The translations under genes and the position numbers were made by a program. A DNA stretch of 64,000 bases from Heptranchias perlo. Lineage: Eukaryota. The notes under the pieces are model-generated. The model did not search any database, had not been told where the DNA came from, and saw only the letters and a program-made list of their open reading frames with translations. The DNA lies in the NCBI RefSeq assembly GCF_035084215.1, contig NC_090358.1, forward strand, positions 11,718,001 through 11,782,000, in the 5' to 3' direction. This document shows positions 12,110 to 24,618 of this stretch, one piece after another; the first letter of the stretch is position 1, and every line of letters begins with the position of its first letter.

Positions 12110-14495
12110 TGGGTATTGAGAGGCTGGAGGAGGTTGCAGAGAAAGGAAGTAGCAAGACCACGGAGGGATTTAAACACAGGATAAGGAGAATTTATAAATT
12201 TAAGGCGCTGGCACGGGGAGTGAGAACCAATATAGCTCAGTAACGATGGCAGTGATGGGCAAGCGAGACTTGATACGGGTTAGGATACAAGCAGCAGAGT
12301 TAGTGAGCTGAAGTTCATGGAGGATGGAGTGGAGAAGGCCAACAGTTAATCATTGGAGGTAATTTAGTGGATTTCAGTTGCAGGTCGGCTGAGGTAGGAA
12401 TGGAAATAAGGCGATGTTACAAAGTTGGAATTGGGCAATCTTTGTGATGGAGAGGGTTTGGAGGCTCAGCTCAGGATCAAACAGGACACGAAGGTTGTGA
12501 GTAGTCTGGGTCGACATGAAACAGTGGCTGCTGAGTGGTATGGTATCGGTGGCGAGGATATGGCGTTTGTGATGGGGCTGATGTCAGTGGCTTTGGTCCA
12601 ATGGAAGAAATTACAGCTCATCCAGGACTGGATGTTGGACAAGTGGCCTGACAGCACAAATATAATAGAGGGGTTAAGAGAGGTGGAGAGAGCTAGAGCT
12701 AGGTGCAATACATGTGATGCCTAGGGACATCATGTGATCCTTGGGTGATTCCAGAGGGTGACACTGCAGGGGGCAGGGAAGAGAAGCGATTGGATTACTC
12801 TTGCTATGATGGGATAGCTAAGAGTGAAACCAAGCAAAAGCAGTTCCACAGTGGTGGAAAATAGAGGACAGGTATTGGAGGAGGATGGCATGATCAACCA
12901 TGTTGAAGGAGGATGAAGAGGGATTGTGCACCATGATCACAGTCAAAGACAGTATCGTTTGTGACTTTGGTTGGGGATATTTCAGTGCTGTGGGAGGGGT
13001 GGAAACCTGATTGGAGGGATTTAAACAGGGAGTTACTGGTGAGATGGGCACAGATCTGGGAGGTGACAACATGTTCAACTACCTTAGAGAGGAAAGGAAG
13101 CCTGGAGCTGGGATGTTAATTGGTGAGGACAGAGGGATCGAGAGTGGATTTTGTGAGGTATGGGGTGATGGCAATTTTGAAAGGGAGTGAACCATTTACA
13201 ATATTAGCTAGTATGGAGCTTAGTTAGGGAGGTTGGGTAGTAAGGATTTTAGTGGGAATGGGGGTTAAGGGATCAGGATGTAGATTTCATGGATGCAATT
13301 ACATAGAATTACATAGAACGTACAGCACAGAAACAGGCCATTTGGCACAACTGGTCCATGCCGGTGTTTATGCTCATACGAGCCTCCTCCCACCCCTCTT
13401 CATCTAATCCTATCAGCAGTACCTTCTCGCTTGCAAAGGGCACTGAGAGAGATGTTGAAGAAACTAGAGGGAGTGGGAGGTTCCGGGATAGAGTAGGAGA
13501 GGGATTGGAAGAGATTTGGCTTAGTGATCAAGGGGAAGAGGGAAGCAGCAGAGGCAGTTGAAAAGATGACTGCTATCTCGGTGATGAAGAAATCCATAAG
13601 TTATCTCACACATTTTGTTAGAGGTGAGGGCAAAGGGATTAGGGAGAGGGGTTTAAGGAGGTGGTTGGTCATAGAAAAAAGTACAGTGGGGTTATCTTTG
13701 CCCTCGAGGATGATCCTAGAGCAGTGGTCAGTTTTAGCAGAGGGTAGTGAGGCCTGATACGAGTTTGACGTGGTCCAGCCAGATCTGCTGATGGATAGCT
13801 AAGCCAGTTATGCACTCGACTTGCTTAAGTTTTCACCCCTTGGACTTGAGGGAGCAAACATGGAGGCCATACCAGGAGGAATGGGAGACAGTGAAGGTTC
13901 TGTTGGGGGCCAAGGGCATCGGAGATGGAGGTGAGCAAGTGGGTAACCAAATCAATAGCTGCAGCATTTTTGTAGCAAATGGAAGAGGCTAGGCAGTTGG
14001 CAGTTTTGAGTTAGGAGTAAATGGTTGAGCCATATTGACCAACAACAACAACTTGTATTATATAGCGCCTTTAACATAGTAAAACGTCCCAAGGCACTTC
14101 ACAGGAGCGTTATCAAACAAAAGTTGACACCGAGCCGCATAAGGAGGTATTAGATGAGGTGAGGTAGGTTTTAGAGTGTCTTAAAGGAGGAAAGAGAGGC
14201 AGAGAGGTTTAGGGAGGGAATTCCAGAGCTTAGGGCCTACGCAGCTGAAGGTACGTCCGCCAATGGTGGAGCAATGAAAATCAGGGATGTGCAAGAAGCC
14301 AGAATTGGAGGACTGCAGAGATCTCAAAGGGTTGCAGGGCTGGAGAAGGTTACAGAGATAGGGAAGGGTGAGGCCTTGAAAGGGTTTGAAAACAAAGATG
14401 AGAATTTTAAAATTGAGGCATTGCCGGACTGCCAGTGTAGGCCAGCGAGCACAGGTGTGATGGGTGAACAGGACTTGGTGCGAGTTAGGATATGG
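12110..14495 (-). mobile_element. Mosaic of degraded L2 fragments with a CR1 3'-tail stub at about 13297-13418
   Basis: L2-like ORF remnants ('NFKILIFVFKPFQGLTLPYLCNLL'); L2 3' end at about 14041; CR1 tail 'acatagaattacatagaa'. Confidence 0.75.
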
Positions 14496-15025
14496 GAGGA
14501 TCCCAGGTTTGATCGCCACTCTATGCTGAGTTAGCTGATCTCAGCTGTAGTGCTGATAAAGATGGCCACAGTGCCTCTGGGTTGGGGGGAAAGTTGGTAA
14601 GAGTAGCAGGAGAGCGGAGGAGAGGAAATGGGTGAACCTAAAGTTACAAAGAAAAAGGTTGGAGACTGCTAGCCAGAAGAAACTTTGCCTCGTAACATAG
14701 AGGATTCCTTACTTCATTGAGTGTCCTGTTTTTTTACAGTTCCGCCAACATCCACAACCACTCCGCTTGGATGAGGACAGAACTAACAAAGAATGGATGG
14801 TAGGAAAGATTTCAAAATTACACAGGAAACCATTTCAACTTTTTGGGGAAAAAAACACACCAAATCTGTGAGCCATGAAAATAGGAAAGAACTTCATAAT
14901 GTGTATATATTAGATTGTATTGGAGTAATTTTAAAATCATAATTATCTCAGGATTCTGACCGTGGTGTTATAATTGATAATTGACCACATTGATATAATT
15001 TACCAACTAGATTAAATTATTTTTT

Positions 15026-15408
15026 ATTGAGCACATAATCTAGGCTGATGCTTCAGTGCAGTACCGAGGGAGTACTGCACTGTCGAAGAAGCCGTCTTGC
15101 AGATGAACTGTTAAACCGAGGCCTCGTCTGCAGCGAATGTAAAAGACACCATAGCACTATTTTGAAGAAGAGCAGGGGAATTCTCCCTGGTGTCCTGGCC
15201 AATATTTATCCCTCGTCCAACATCACTAAAAAAATGTCAGGTCATTATCACATTGCTGTTTGTGGGAGCTTGCAGTGTGCAAATTGGCTGCTGCGTTTCC
15301 TACATTACAACAGTGACTATACTTCAAAAGTACTTAATTGGCTGTAAAGCGCATTGGGACATCCTCAGGTAGTGAAAGGCACTATATAAATGCATTTCTT
15401 TCTTTCTG
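15026..15408 (+). mobile_element. Deu-domain SINE (5'-truncated)
   Basis: Homologous to 3097-3463. Confidence 0.8.
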
Positions 15409-15440
15409 TTAATAACCATTGTCTACTTAAATTTACAATT

Positions 15441-16920
15441 TAATTCGCTGGCAAGGCCAACATTTATTGCCAATCCCTTGTTGCCCTTGAGAAGGTGGTG
15501 GTGAGCCGCCTTCTTGAAATGTTGCAGTCTGTGTGGTGAAGGTACTCCCACAATGCTGTTAGGTAGGGAATTCCAGGATTTTGACCCAGCGACGATGAAG
15601 GATATATGTCCAAGTCAGGATGGTGTGTGACTTGGAGGGGAATGTGGAGGTGATGGTGTTCCCATGCGCCTACTGCCCTTGTCCTTCGAGGTGGTAGAGG
15701 ACACAGGTGTGGGAGATGCTGTCGAAGAAGCCTTGGTGAGTTGCTGCAGTGCATCCTGTAGATGGTACACACTGCAGGCACGGTGGTGGAGGGAGTGGAT
15801 GTTTAAGGTGGTGAATGGGCTGCCAATCAAATGGACTGCTTTGTCCTGGAAGGTGTTGAGCTTCTTGAGTGTTGTTATAGCTGTACCCATCCAGGCAAGT
15901 GGAGAGTATTCCAGCATACTCCTGACTTGTGCCATGTAGACAGTGGAGAGGCTTTGAGGAGTCAGGAGGTGAGCCACAGAGTACCCAGCCTCTGACCTGC
16001 TGTAGTAGCCACGGCATTTATGTGGCTAGTCCAGTTGACTTTCTGGTCAATGGTGACCCCCCAAGATCTTGATGGCAGGGGATTCGGCGATGGTGATGCC
16101 ATTGAACATCATGGGGAGGTGGTCATTGCCTGGCATTTGTGTGGTGCGAATGTTACTTGCCACTTATCAGCCCAAGCCTGGATGTTATCCAGGTCTTGCT
16201 GCATGCTGGCATGGACTGCTTCATTATCTGAGGAATTGCAAATGGAATGGAACACTATGCAATCATCGGCGAACAGCCCCACTTCTGACCTGATGATAGA
16301 GGGAAGTTCATTGATAAAGCAACTGAAGATAGTTGAGCCGAAGATACTGCCCTGAAGAACTCCTCCAACGATGCACTGGGGCTGAGATGATTGGCTTCCA
16401 ACAATCACAACCATCTTTCTTTGTGCCAGGTATGACTCCATCCACTGGACAGTTTTCCCCCGATCCTCATTTACTTCAGTTTTATGAGAGCTCCTTGGTG
16501 CTACAATTGGTCAAACGTGTTATAAGTTGGATAGCCAGGTGGTGAAGAATAGAACACTAGGGCCTAGTTTTCATTTGCTTCCAAGCCTTTATACACAGAG
16601 CTCCACCTTACCACCATTACCACACCGTAAATCAGCTCTCTTATAAATGGATACAAGAGCGTTCCCAATTGTTACCACCACCTGAATACAATTAACACTA
16701 ATTGATATAAATCACATGGATACAGACTGCCTTAATGTCAAGGGCAGTTACTCTCACCTCATCTCTGGAATTCTGCTCATTTGTCCATATTTGGACCAAG
16801 GCTGCAATGAGCTCTGGAGCCGAGTGGTCCTGACTGAACCCAAACTGAATATTAGTGAGCAGGTTATTGGTGATTAAGTGCCGCTTGAAAGCACTGTCGA
16901 TGAATCCGTCCATCACTTCT
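15441..16920 (-). mobile_element. Degraded Zenon-like CR1-group LINE in two pieces (~15441-16520 and ~16725-16920)
   Basis: ORF remnants GLFADDC, WQVTFAPHKCQAMT, QFGFSQDHSA and VTALDIKA; same family as 4404-6647. Confidence 0.85.
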
Positions 16921-17045
16921 GATGATTTAGCATGTATAAAGCATTGCAATATTTGCACATCTTTGGATAATCAGATAATGGCATGTCTTTTTAATTGTCT
17001 ACCCTTTGTAATCAATAAACTGCTTCATAAAGACGATTTGGACTT

Positions 17046-17633
17046 AGTGTGTGTGTTTTAGGCCCCCCTATTATAAGAAGGGGGGTTAGGGTGTGTTTTA
17101 TTTCCAACAAATCAAAAATTCAAAATATGTGACAAATAATAATTTTATTATATCGATCCAGGATGCACTCCAGTCCCTGTGGTGCCTACCGGTCGCGGAA
17201 AGCCTCAAGCGTACCGGCGGACATTGCGTGCTCCCTCTCCAGGTCCACCTGGGCGCGGAGAATGCCGCGGAAGAGAGGTGGACAGTTGAAGCGACTGCCC
17301 CCACGGGCCGCGTCTAACCCGGACCTGTGGATAGCAACCTTGGACAGGCCCAGGAGCAGACCCACGAGGACGTTCCCTGACTTGCCCGCCGCCCCTCCTC
17401 ACTGGGTGGCCAAAGATCAGGAGCAAGGGACTGAAGTGCAGCCAGAACTTGAGGAGCAGCCCCCTTAAATAGTGGATCAGGGGCTGCAGCCTCCCCCCGC
17501 CCTGTGAATAAATGAAACACGGACTCATCCAGGCCGCAGAAATTGCAGGCGGCCTGGGAGTTTGTGAAATGGCTTAACAGCCTGTTTGTAGGGATTGCTC
17601 CGTGCAACACTCTCCACCCCAGATCCCCAATGG
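17046..17633 (-). mobile_element. Tx1-like (L1 clade) LINE 3' fragment with 12-bp TSD
   Basis: 'LHGAIPTNRLLSHF...CNFCGLDESVFHLF' zinc-knuckle region. Flanks CGATTTGGACTT (17034-17045) and CGATTTCGACTT (17634-17645). Confidence 0.8.
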
Positions 17634-17711
17634 CGATTTCGACTTTGCTTTAGGAAGGTACAGCACAGTTCATTGCCTACAGACTTCCGGAGTGTTAACT
17701 CACACATACAT

Positions 17712-18000
17712 AACAACAACAACTTGCATTTATATAGCACCTTTAACGTAGCAAAACATCTCAAGGCGCTTCACAGGAGCGTTCTCAAACAAAATTTGAC
17801 CCCGAGCCACATAACAAGATATTAGGACAAGTGACCAAAAGCTTGGTCAAAGAGGTAGGTTTTAAGGAGCATCTTAAAGGAGGAGAGAGAGTAGAGAGGT
17901 GGAGAGGTTTAGGGCGGGAATTTCAGAACTTAGGGCCTAGGCAGCTGAAGGCACGGCTGCCAATGGTGGGGCGATGGAAATCGGGGATGTGCAATAAGAC
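17712..18000 (-). mobile_element. L2 3'-end fragment
   Basis: 'aacaacaacaacttgcatttatatagcacc' tail, homologous to 14041-14300. Confidence 0.75.
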
Positions 18001-18999
18001 AAAATTTGGCTTAAATAACCTCATCACGAGTAATGGTTACATTACAGGGCTGTGCAAACAGAGATGTAGCGAGCTCTCTGTAAAGAAAGATACCTGCAGT
18101 CCATTAAAGCAACAAAACTGTCTAAAATATATTATATTATTCAGTCTATCCTTTGGACAGAGTGAGCTTCACTGCACCCAGAATTTACCAGGTTCATGCT
18201 GTGTAACAGAGTGCTAAGCAACACTAGTTTTAGAAGTTCCATTTCTTCTCCGATATCTCGAACCGGGATTGGAGAAATTAATTAATTTTCAAGAAGTGAA
18301 TGGGATTCCCTGATAGATCATAAATCAGGTGAGACAAACACATTTATTTTTGCAATTGCAGAGACCAGTGTCTGGCTGGTGAGAATAAGTATCTGAAGTT
18401 TGTAGAACAAGGACAACTGAGCAAAATTGACATGGAGGGAGGGAGAACAAGAGATTAGGTAAGAAATTAAAACTGGGATTAGATTGGACCAAAACCAGAA
18501 ATAGTTACATTTGTTTGCAAAACAATTATTGGTTGCACTTTTGACTGAATTTGTTCCATATGTAGCTTTTTAACAGGTACAGATAATTTGCACCGTGTGG
18601 TGCTATTCAAACCCTACTTCGAACAGTATCAATGCAAAACATAACTTTGGGAAAGTATTAAGTAATTTCAGGTGTGAAGAGTCAAAATATTTTCCAATTT
18701 GGGACATTATAATTTCTCAAACAGCATGGAATGGTAATGTTGACAGTAAATGTGCGTCTCACATAAAACTAAAAAATGCGTACGAGATATTGACAATTTG
18801 AACAATGAGCCATGCATGCAGATAGAATTCCCTTTGGTATAGAGATATCCATTGGCTGTGCTGCTTATGATTCACCAATATTCCGAGTGGTGACATATTC
18901 AAATCACTTTTCCAGTAAATTTGCCACTGGGGGATCAGGGCACAACGATCTAACTTAATCCATTTGTCACCAATATTGCCATTGCAGGAAATTCTGGGC

Positions 19000-19330
19000 C
19001 ATATACATTGGGACGAATCTTGCTGGAAAAATAATGGCGTGTTAACGACGCACGCTGTTATTAATGCGCAAATCGGCCAGCAAGTTCTGGGGAATTATGA
19101 GATATGCCGTGAGTTGCGAATCTCCAGAACTTGCTGGTTAATTTATGACGCTCCACCTTTTGCTTCGCACAAGCAGCATCTCATCCTTATCTCTGTTATT
19201 TTTAAGAACTTGCAAGATTTGCACATTAATTGCCCAAGTTAAGCATAAGTACCTTTTTAACAATGTGATAATTATTAATGCAATGCCAGTCAACCTCACT
19301 GCCCCAGAAAGGGAACAATTAAACTATTCC
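19000..19330. mobile_element. Fragment of a non-autonomous DNA transposon related to 34516-35228
   Basis: About 300 bp of inverted homology to 34900-35228 (for example gcacgctgttattaatg and cagcatctc). Confidence 0.6.
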
Positions 19331-19744
19331 TGCATGTAGTAAATTGTTAAGAGATTTTAAAAATGTAGTTTAATTAACACATCTTACACTCTCACCCTGA
19401 ATGTGTTGACTTTAAATTACTGCAGTGCCTTACAAATAAAAACACCCTTTTAATGGCTTGTTTCTGTTTTGTACATTCTATGTAATGCATGTAATTATTT
19501 CTCATATATACAGCTCAACAATGTTTGGGCACAACCACATTCCTTTTGCTATCAAGTACTCTGTGTGTGGCGTATCTATATGCTGGGTTCATTACCAAAA
19601 CTTTCATTTACTGGTAAAATAAAAAGGAAATGCTGGAAATACACTGCGGGTCAGTCAGTCAATCAGCATTTGAAAAGAGATAATGAGACGTCATGGAAAA
19701 CTCCCTGCCTCATGTCGATTGCTTACAAAAATGCATGTCGATTG

Positions 19745-21620
19745 GGAGATCTACTCCTGGAGGCAGAGGGCATATAGCCGAGGTACTAAATGAGTACTTT
19801 GCATCTATCTTTACCAAGTAAGAAGATGCTGCCAGAGTCTCAGTAAAGGAAGATGTAGTTGAGATACTGGTTGGGCTAAAAATTGATAGAGGTACTAGAA
19901 AGGCTAGCTGTACTTAAAGTAGATAAGTTACCTGGTCCGGATGGGATGCATCCTAGGTTTCTGAGAGAAGTAAGGGTGGAAATTGCGGAGGTACTGGCTA
20001 TAATCTCCTAAACATCCTTAGATACGGGGGTGGTGCTAGAGGACTGGAGAATTGCAAATTTTACACCCTTGTTCAAAAAAGGGTGTAAGGATAAACCCAG
20101 CAACTATAGGCCAGTCAGTTTAACCTTGGTGGTGGGGAAACTTTTAGAAATGCTAATCCGGGACAGCATTAACAGTCACTTGGACAAGTGTGGATTGATT
20201 AAGGAAAGCCAGCACGGATTTGTTAAAGGCAAATGTTGGGCCGAAGGGCCTGTTTCCATGTTGTAAACTTCTATGATTCTATAAATCATGGTTAACTGAT
20301 AGAGTTTTTTGATGAGGTAACAGAGAGGGTAGATGAGGGCAATATAGTTGATGTGGTGTATATGAACTTTCAAAAGGCATTTGATAAAGTGCCGCATGGT
20401 AGGCTTGTCATCAAGATTGTGGCCCATGGAATAAAGGGGGCAGTAGCAACGTGGATACAGAATTGGCTACGGGACAGGAAACAGAGAGTAGTGGTGAACG
20501 TATTGGTGGTATATCGGACTGGAGGGAGGTGTACAGTGGTGTTCCCTGGGGTCGGTGTTAGGACCACTATTTTTCTTGATATATATTAATGACTTGGACT
20601 TGGGTGTACAGGGCACAATTTCAAAATTTGGAGATAACACGAAACTTGGAAGGGTAGTAAACAGTGAAGAGGACAGTGATAGACTTCAAGAGGATATAGA
20701 CAGGTGGTGGCATTGGTGGACACGTAGCAGATGAAATTTAATGCAGAAAAATGCAAAATTATACATTTCAGTAGGAAGAATGAGGAGTGGCAATATAAAC
20801 TAGAGGGCACAACTCTAAAAAGGGCATAGGAACAGAGAGATCTGGGAGTATATGTACACAAATCGTTGAAAGTGGCAGGGCAAGTTGAGAAAGCGGTTAA
20901 AAAAGCATTCAGGTTCCTGGGCTTCGTTCACCTGAGGAAGGAGGTAGCCTCCGAAAGCTTGTGAATTTAAAATAAAATTGCTGGACTATAACTTGGTGTT
21001 GTAAAATTGTTTACAATTGATAAATAGAGGCATAGAGTACAAAAGTCATGATGAACCTTTATAAAACACTGGTTTGGCTACAACTGGAGTATTGTGTCCC
21101 GTTCTGGGCACCGCACTTCTGTAAGATATGAAGGCCGAGAGAGGGTGCGGAAGAGATTTACTCGAATGATTCCAGGGACGAGGGACTTTCGTTACGTGGA
21201 TAGACTGGAGAAGCTGGGGTTGTTCTCCTTGGAACAGAGAAGGTTGCGAGGAGATTTGATAGAGCTATTCAAAATCATGAAGGGTCTGGACAGAGTAGAT
21301 AGAGAGAAACTGTTCCCATTGGCGGAAGGGTCAAGTACAAGAGTGCATAGATTTAAAGTGATTGGCAAAAGAACCAAAGGTAACAAGAGGAATAACTTTT
21401 TTTTTTACACAGCGAGTGGTTCGGATCTGGAATGGGCTACCCGAGGGGGTGACGGAGCCAGATTCAATCATGGCCTTCAAAAGGGAACTGGAAAGTAAAA
21501 GAAAATTGCAGGGGGTACGGGGATGGGACTGGAGGAGTGGGACTCGCTGGATCGCTCTTGCATGGAGCCCGCGCGGACTCGACAGACCCAATTGCCTCCT
21601 TGCCGTGCTGTAATCTTTTG
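19745..21620 (+). mobile_element. Degraded CR1 LINE ORF2 and 3' UTR ending just upstream of MYEF2; hosts two small insertions
   Basis: EDWRIAN, NYRPVSLT, FQKAFDKVPHGRL and LEKLGLFSLEQRRLRGD remnants; 3' UTR 'gcctccttgccgtgctgtaa' at about 21594-21613. Confidence 0.88.
20925..21019 (+). mobile_element. Penelope-like pLTR fragment with a minimal type-I hammerhead motif
   Basis: TTCAC-CTGAGGA-A-GGAGG(TAG)CCTCC-GAAA-GCTT-GTGAA at 20927-20965. Splits the CR1 sequence gggcttc|ataaatagagg. Same family as 56355-56573. Confidence 0.7.
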
Positions 21621-22300
21621 TACGGTTGTCGCGAGATTTTCTGGTTGGGGAGGGTGGAGTGGTGCGCGGGGCTTCGCGGAACGGCTCGTGTGAGTGAAAG
21701 GTCCCGTGTCAGCGAGCTCGGCGGATTCGGAGCACAATTTCAAGGCGAACGTAATGGAAGAGATCAAAGACGAGCCGCAGGAGGTTCAGAATGCCGAAAA
21801 CACTCAGCACGAAGAAAACGAGACGCCGGATAAAACGTAACGCATCTCCTTTCCCTGTGTTTTAGTGCCTGAGCCTTTTAACCTGTCGCGGTTCAGCGTG
21901 CGAGTGAGTACGGCCTGCGGTTGAGGCCGCAGGCGAACCACCGATCTTTGCCCTCGGGGCCGCTGCGTTCCCGTCCTTTATTTCAGTTTCAAGCTTCGCT
22001 ATTAAATTAGTGCACCCTTTGCTTCCACCCCCTCGTTTTCTGTTGTTTGATTTTTTTTTTTCCGGAGCCCCAAAACTTCCTGTAGGCCGAGGAGCCGGCA
22101 TTTCCACATTCCCCTCCCCCAGTTGCCCTCAGGCAGGTATAATCGCTTTGTCGTCCGCGCTTGATCCAAATTTGCATTACAACATGGTGTCCTGTAGTCT
22201 TTCGACGGAAAAAAATAGGTTTCGACCACACGTTTATTTTTCGTGCTGCAGTTACAAGACTGCAGCACGTTATAGTGTAGCCTATGTTCGGCATTTATCT
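21540..22300 (+). promoter_or_regulatory. MYEF2 CpG-island promoter / first-exon region
   Basis: High CpG density; CCAAT 21588-21592; TGTCGCGAGA 21627-21636 (9/10 match to the TCTCGCGAGA BANP/ZBTB33-type motif). Confidence 0.65.
21754..21836 (+). CDS. MYEF2: MYEF2 coding exon 1
   Basis: gtaATGG start; MEEIKDEPQEVQNAENTQHEENETPDK(T)|gtaacg. Phase 2 matches exon 2; in a CpG island. Sequence poorly conserved, so inferred from phase and context. Confidence 0.75.
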
Positions 22301-22660
22301 TTTGTTTTCCCGCTTGATGGAAATGTCGATTACGGTACTTAAATGCGAATCGTGTTTCCAGCTCTTGAGGGCGGGGGATGGGGGTTGTTTTATTTATACC
22401 CTTGGGACCAACCATTCGTCGTATAAAAATGATCACTGGGACTTAAATGTACCCAGGTGCATTAGAGACTGCTTATTGCTGCAGTACTCTGTGTAGACTA
22501 GATATTCCACGGTCAGAATCTTAAATGTTTTCCGTTTATTCTCGAGTCCGTGGTCTAATTGTTTCCCTCTTATTCTCGAGTAGTACCTTTGTTTTCAGTA
22601 TGTTGGGGGAAATTGCTGTAATTGTTGCGTCATTGTATGGCTAACAAAGAAGATGCACAC

Positions 22661-22709
22661 CTAAACCCCCCTTATAAAAGGGGGGCCTAAAAACACACAA
22701 AGAAAAAAA
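22661..22709 (+). mobile_element. 49-bp Tx1-like 3'-end stub with 8-bp TSD
   Basis: Matches the reverse complement of 17048-17095; ATGCACAC at 22653-22660 and 22710-22717. Confidence 0.7.
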
Positions 22710-23474
22710 ATGCACACGTGGTACTTTGAGCGTTTTATACATTTGAATGCAATCATTTAAAATATAAAACTGCATCAGAAATGTAACATTCCGTCTGCGT
22801 GTATAAAGCCGCTTTTACAGTAAAATTGTTGGTAGAAAAAAAGTCTCCAAGGTTGAATGTGGAAGAGACCCCACTGCTACTGAAGTGCAAATGCAAGGGC
22901 TATCTGTCTTGTACTTACAAGAATACAGGTAGCTTTTACCTAATAGCAGATTACTGCCAATGAGTTCAGCCGATATGGAGAACACCGTCTGTTGTCATTT
23001 GCACTCCAGCTTATGTGCCTTTTTAGTTGTTTTTCAACTAGTAAGTTAGTTCTTAATATTGAGATCCTGTTGCCAGCAAACTACTCATTAAATAATTATC
23101 TTTTATATTCTGTTACTTACAGATTTCTACTTTATTCAAAGTGATATTAAGCTTTTAAGCAGCTAAAGGTTTAATTCAAATACCAGCACCCTGCCAGAAC
23201 AACCAATTTAATGTGGGTGAGCAGAGTAAGCTGCATCCTTCTGACCACCTGCTTCCTCAATCTGTTTCACAGTCTGGGACTGACAGAAAACCTATTGGAT
23301 CAACACCATTTATGATTTTATATTAATAATGCATCATTGATGTGATATTCCTGGTACTGACGCCCATCTCTGGTGTCTAGGACCCAAATTTTCATGGGAC
23401 CGAACAGCTGCTGTCAGAGGGCATGCAAAAGGTGACTTCATCCTATTGGCATCCCAGCAGCCCAAACTACAAAA

Positions 23475-23700
23475 TGACAGTTTGATTCAGTTGGCAGCAA
23501 TCTTCTGAGTCAGAAGGTTGTGGGTTCAAGCCCTATTCCAGGACTTGCACATACTCTAGGCTGCAGGAGTGCTGTATTGTCAGAGGTGTCATCCTTTTGG
23601 ATGAGAGATCAAATTGAGGGTCCGTTTGCATGTTCAGGTGGGTATTGGAGATCCTGTGGTATTCGGAGAGCAGAGTTCTCTGTTCTGACCAACTCCTTGC
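23475..23700 (+). mobile_element. Degraded Deu-domain SINE
   Basis: 'gagtcagaaggttgtgggttcaagccc' head as at 3058. Confidence 0.65.
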
Positions 23701-24618
23701 AAGTTTTTCCACAACTTACCTTTTGTAAGGGTTCTGCCTGACTTACCTTCTGCTCTAACTTTATTTTTAAACTTGTATTTCAACCCTTTGCAAAAGTTTG
23801 CATTTTGTGTGGGCTGGCCTTTATAACCCGTGAGGTTCAACATTAAAGGTTCTCTTCCAAAGATAATGAGCACAACTTCCTGGACCTTGCTTCATGATTG
23901 GGGTTCCCATTGACAGGTATCATCTTGGTTACTTGCCCCTCACTTTTCAATCTTTGACTCGAACTGCATACAAAATTGCAGACAAAATCTGATCAGTGCC
24001 CTGTATAATAGCAGTACAGCATCTTTTGGTTAATATAATCCCCCTTCTGCTATGCAACAAGTACCTTTTTTTACAGCCAAACACTGGGTTAGCAGTTTTA
24101 TGTATGTGCATCCTTCTCAATAAAAACAACTAATATTAAATACCAGCTTAATGTGTTTCTACTGTTTCTATTATCTCCCATAATAGATATAGAACAGTTT
24201 CTGTTAAGCTACTGAGTCAGATTTAAGGGTAGGGGTATGGCTTTAGCAATCTTAATGTAGCTCTCACCTGGAACAAAGGGAATAAATGACTGGTAAAGAC
24301 ATGTAACCCAAGGCCAGTTAGGGAGGACGAGGAATCGTGCAAGCAGGGGTAGGTCAGGAAGTTGACTCATTAATCACAAAACTGGTTCATGGTCTGGACT
24401 CCTTATGCTTTTTAGGGAATTCCATTATGCACGGAGCACTTTGAAGTAAAGTTTGTTTAACATTGTGTAAAGCTATATGTTTTTTTCACCAAAAGATCTG
24501 GTTGTTACTGGGTTGGAAGGTGCCAATATTTTGTTGGAGTTTTGAGACAGATGGGTCCTTTGAGAACGTTTGAGTAGTTTTGTGTGAAGTTTATGATGTA
24601 TTTTTCTTTAACACCTAG

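Noticed and set aside
17046-22717. Inverted ~50-bp matches at 17.05 kb and 22.68 kb as TIRs of a 5.6-kb transposon capturing MYEF2 exon 1
   Set aside because: Each is an independent Tx1 3' end with its own TSD.
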